This document shows, piece after piece, positions 63,680 through 64,000 of a DNA stretch of 64,000 bases; position 1 is the stretch's first letter, and each line of letters opens with the position of its first letter. Made by a program: the position numbers and the translations under genes. Where the stretch lies: NCBI GenBank assembly GCA_964398365.1, contig CAYNMC010000038.1:25727-89726 (forward strand), read 5' to 3'. The DNA comes from an uncultured Pseudomonadales bacterium. GTDB taxonomy: Bacteria; Patescibacteriota; Microgenomatia; UBA1400; CAYNMC01. The notes under the pieces were generated by a model. The model saw only the letters and a program-made list of their open reading frames with translations, was not told the origin of the DNA and made no database searches.

Positions 63680-64000
63680 TTAATTAGAATTGCTTTCTGG
63701 CTTCTTGCCAACAATTCTTTCGAACTCATCTTTGTCAATCGTTTCTTTTTTTATCAAAACTGCCACGACTTCATCCAGCTTATCTTTATCCTTTTTGACA
63801 ATCTCCAAAGCCTCTTTATAACAGGTGTCTATGATTCTTTTTATCTCAGCATCCACTTTTTCTTGCATTGCCTGAGAAATTTCGCTTGGCTCCATCCAGT
63901 TGGGGGCGCCAAATTCGCTAAATTCTATCTGTGGCCCTAAATTAATCGGACCCAATTCACTCATTCCAAAATCAACTACCATTGCCCGGGCAAGCTGTGT
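63680..64000 (-). CDS. ftsH: ATP-dependent zinc metalloprotease FtsH, C-terminal end (5' part beyond the right edge)
   Basis: The reading frame is open to the window edge (...TQLARAMVVDFGMSELGPINLG...), matching the FtsH protease-domain tail. Confidence 0.8.
   Translation of the reverse strand, partial: TQLARAMVVDFGMSELGPINLGPQIEFSEFGAPNWMEPSEISQAMQEKVDAEIKRIIDTCYKEALEIVKKDKDKLDEVVAVLIKKETIDKDEFERIVGKKPESNSN

Overview
Low-GC bacterial segment. Small, tightly packed, often overlapping genes and a divergent, insertion-bearing 16S rRNA (515 site reads GTGCCAGCAGCTGCGGTAAGAC) point to a Candidate Phyla Radiation / Patescibacteria genome; that lineage call is inference. Standard code 11 applies, since TAA, TAG and TGA all terminate recognisable genes. 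All calls rest on motif recognition by eye: no searches were run, RNA ends are approximate, and family assignments need HMM confirmation.

Layout:
- 1-23 kb: core genes on the minus strand (pnp, rpsO, a DHH-like gene, infB, nusA; CIRCE-controlled hrcA-grpE-dnaK-dnaJ), then an EndoQ-like nuclease, an envelope glycosylation cluster (UbiA-type DPPR-synthase-like, WecA-like, two GT-C, one processive GT2), tatD and metG.
- 23-31 kb: tRNA-Ile(UAU), an orphan 356-aa ORF, two secreted/membrane proteins, split transketolase, an archaeal-type ATP-dependent DNA ligase and a Fic protein.
- 31-34 kb: tRNA-Ile(GAU) and a 16S rRNA gene that carries a ~0.4 kb intervening sequence encoding a four-helix-bundle protein. 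No 23S follows.
- 34.6-40.2 kb: an accessory island bracketed by tRNA-Glu and tRNA-Lys, full of decayed genes around a small IS3-like element.
- 40.2-40.6 kb: a GIY-YIG ORF wedged between a truncated tRNA-Lys-like copy and the intact tRNA-Lys.
- 41-64 kb: thioredoxin operon, archaeal-style glycogen cluster, pth, pcm, second diverged copies of EndoQ-like/DUF4870 and Fic/ligase in one co-directional block, then nnrD-like, recF, a decayed four-helix-bundle gene, mutM, a GT4, a stand-alone 5'-3' exonuclease, hicBA, three orphan ORFs and the 3' end of ftsH.

Most notable:
- The Fic-ligase and EndoQ-DUF4870 gene pairs each occur twice at roughly 55-63% identity (manual count over the first 60 residues). 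This is either a conserved, undescribed DNA-repair association or a sign of a chimeric contig.
- The tRNA-Lys / GIY-YIG arrangement.
- The ORF-bearing IVS in the 16S gene.
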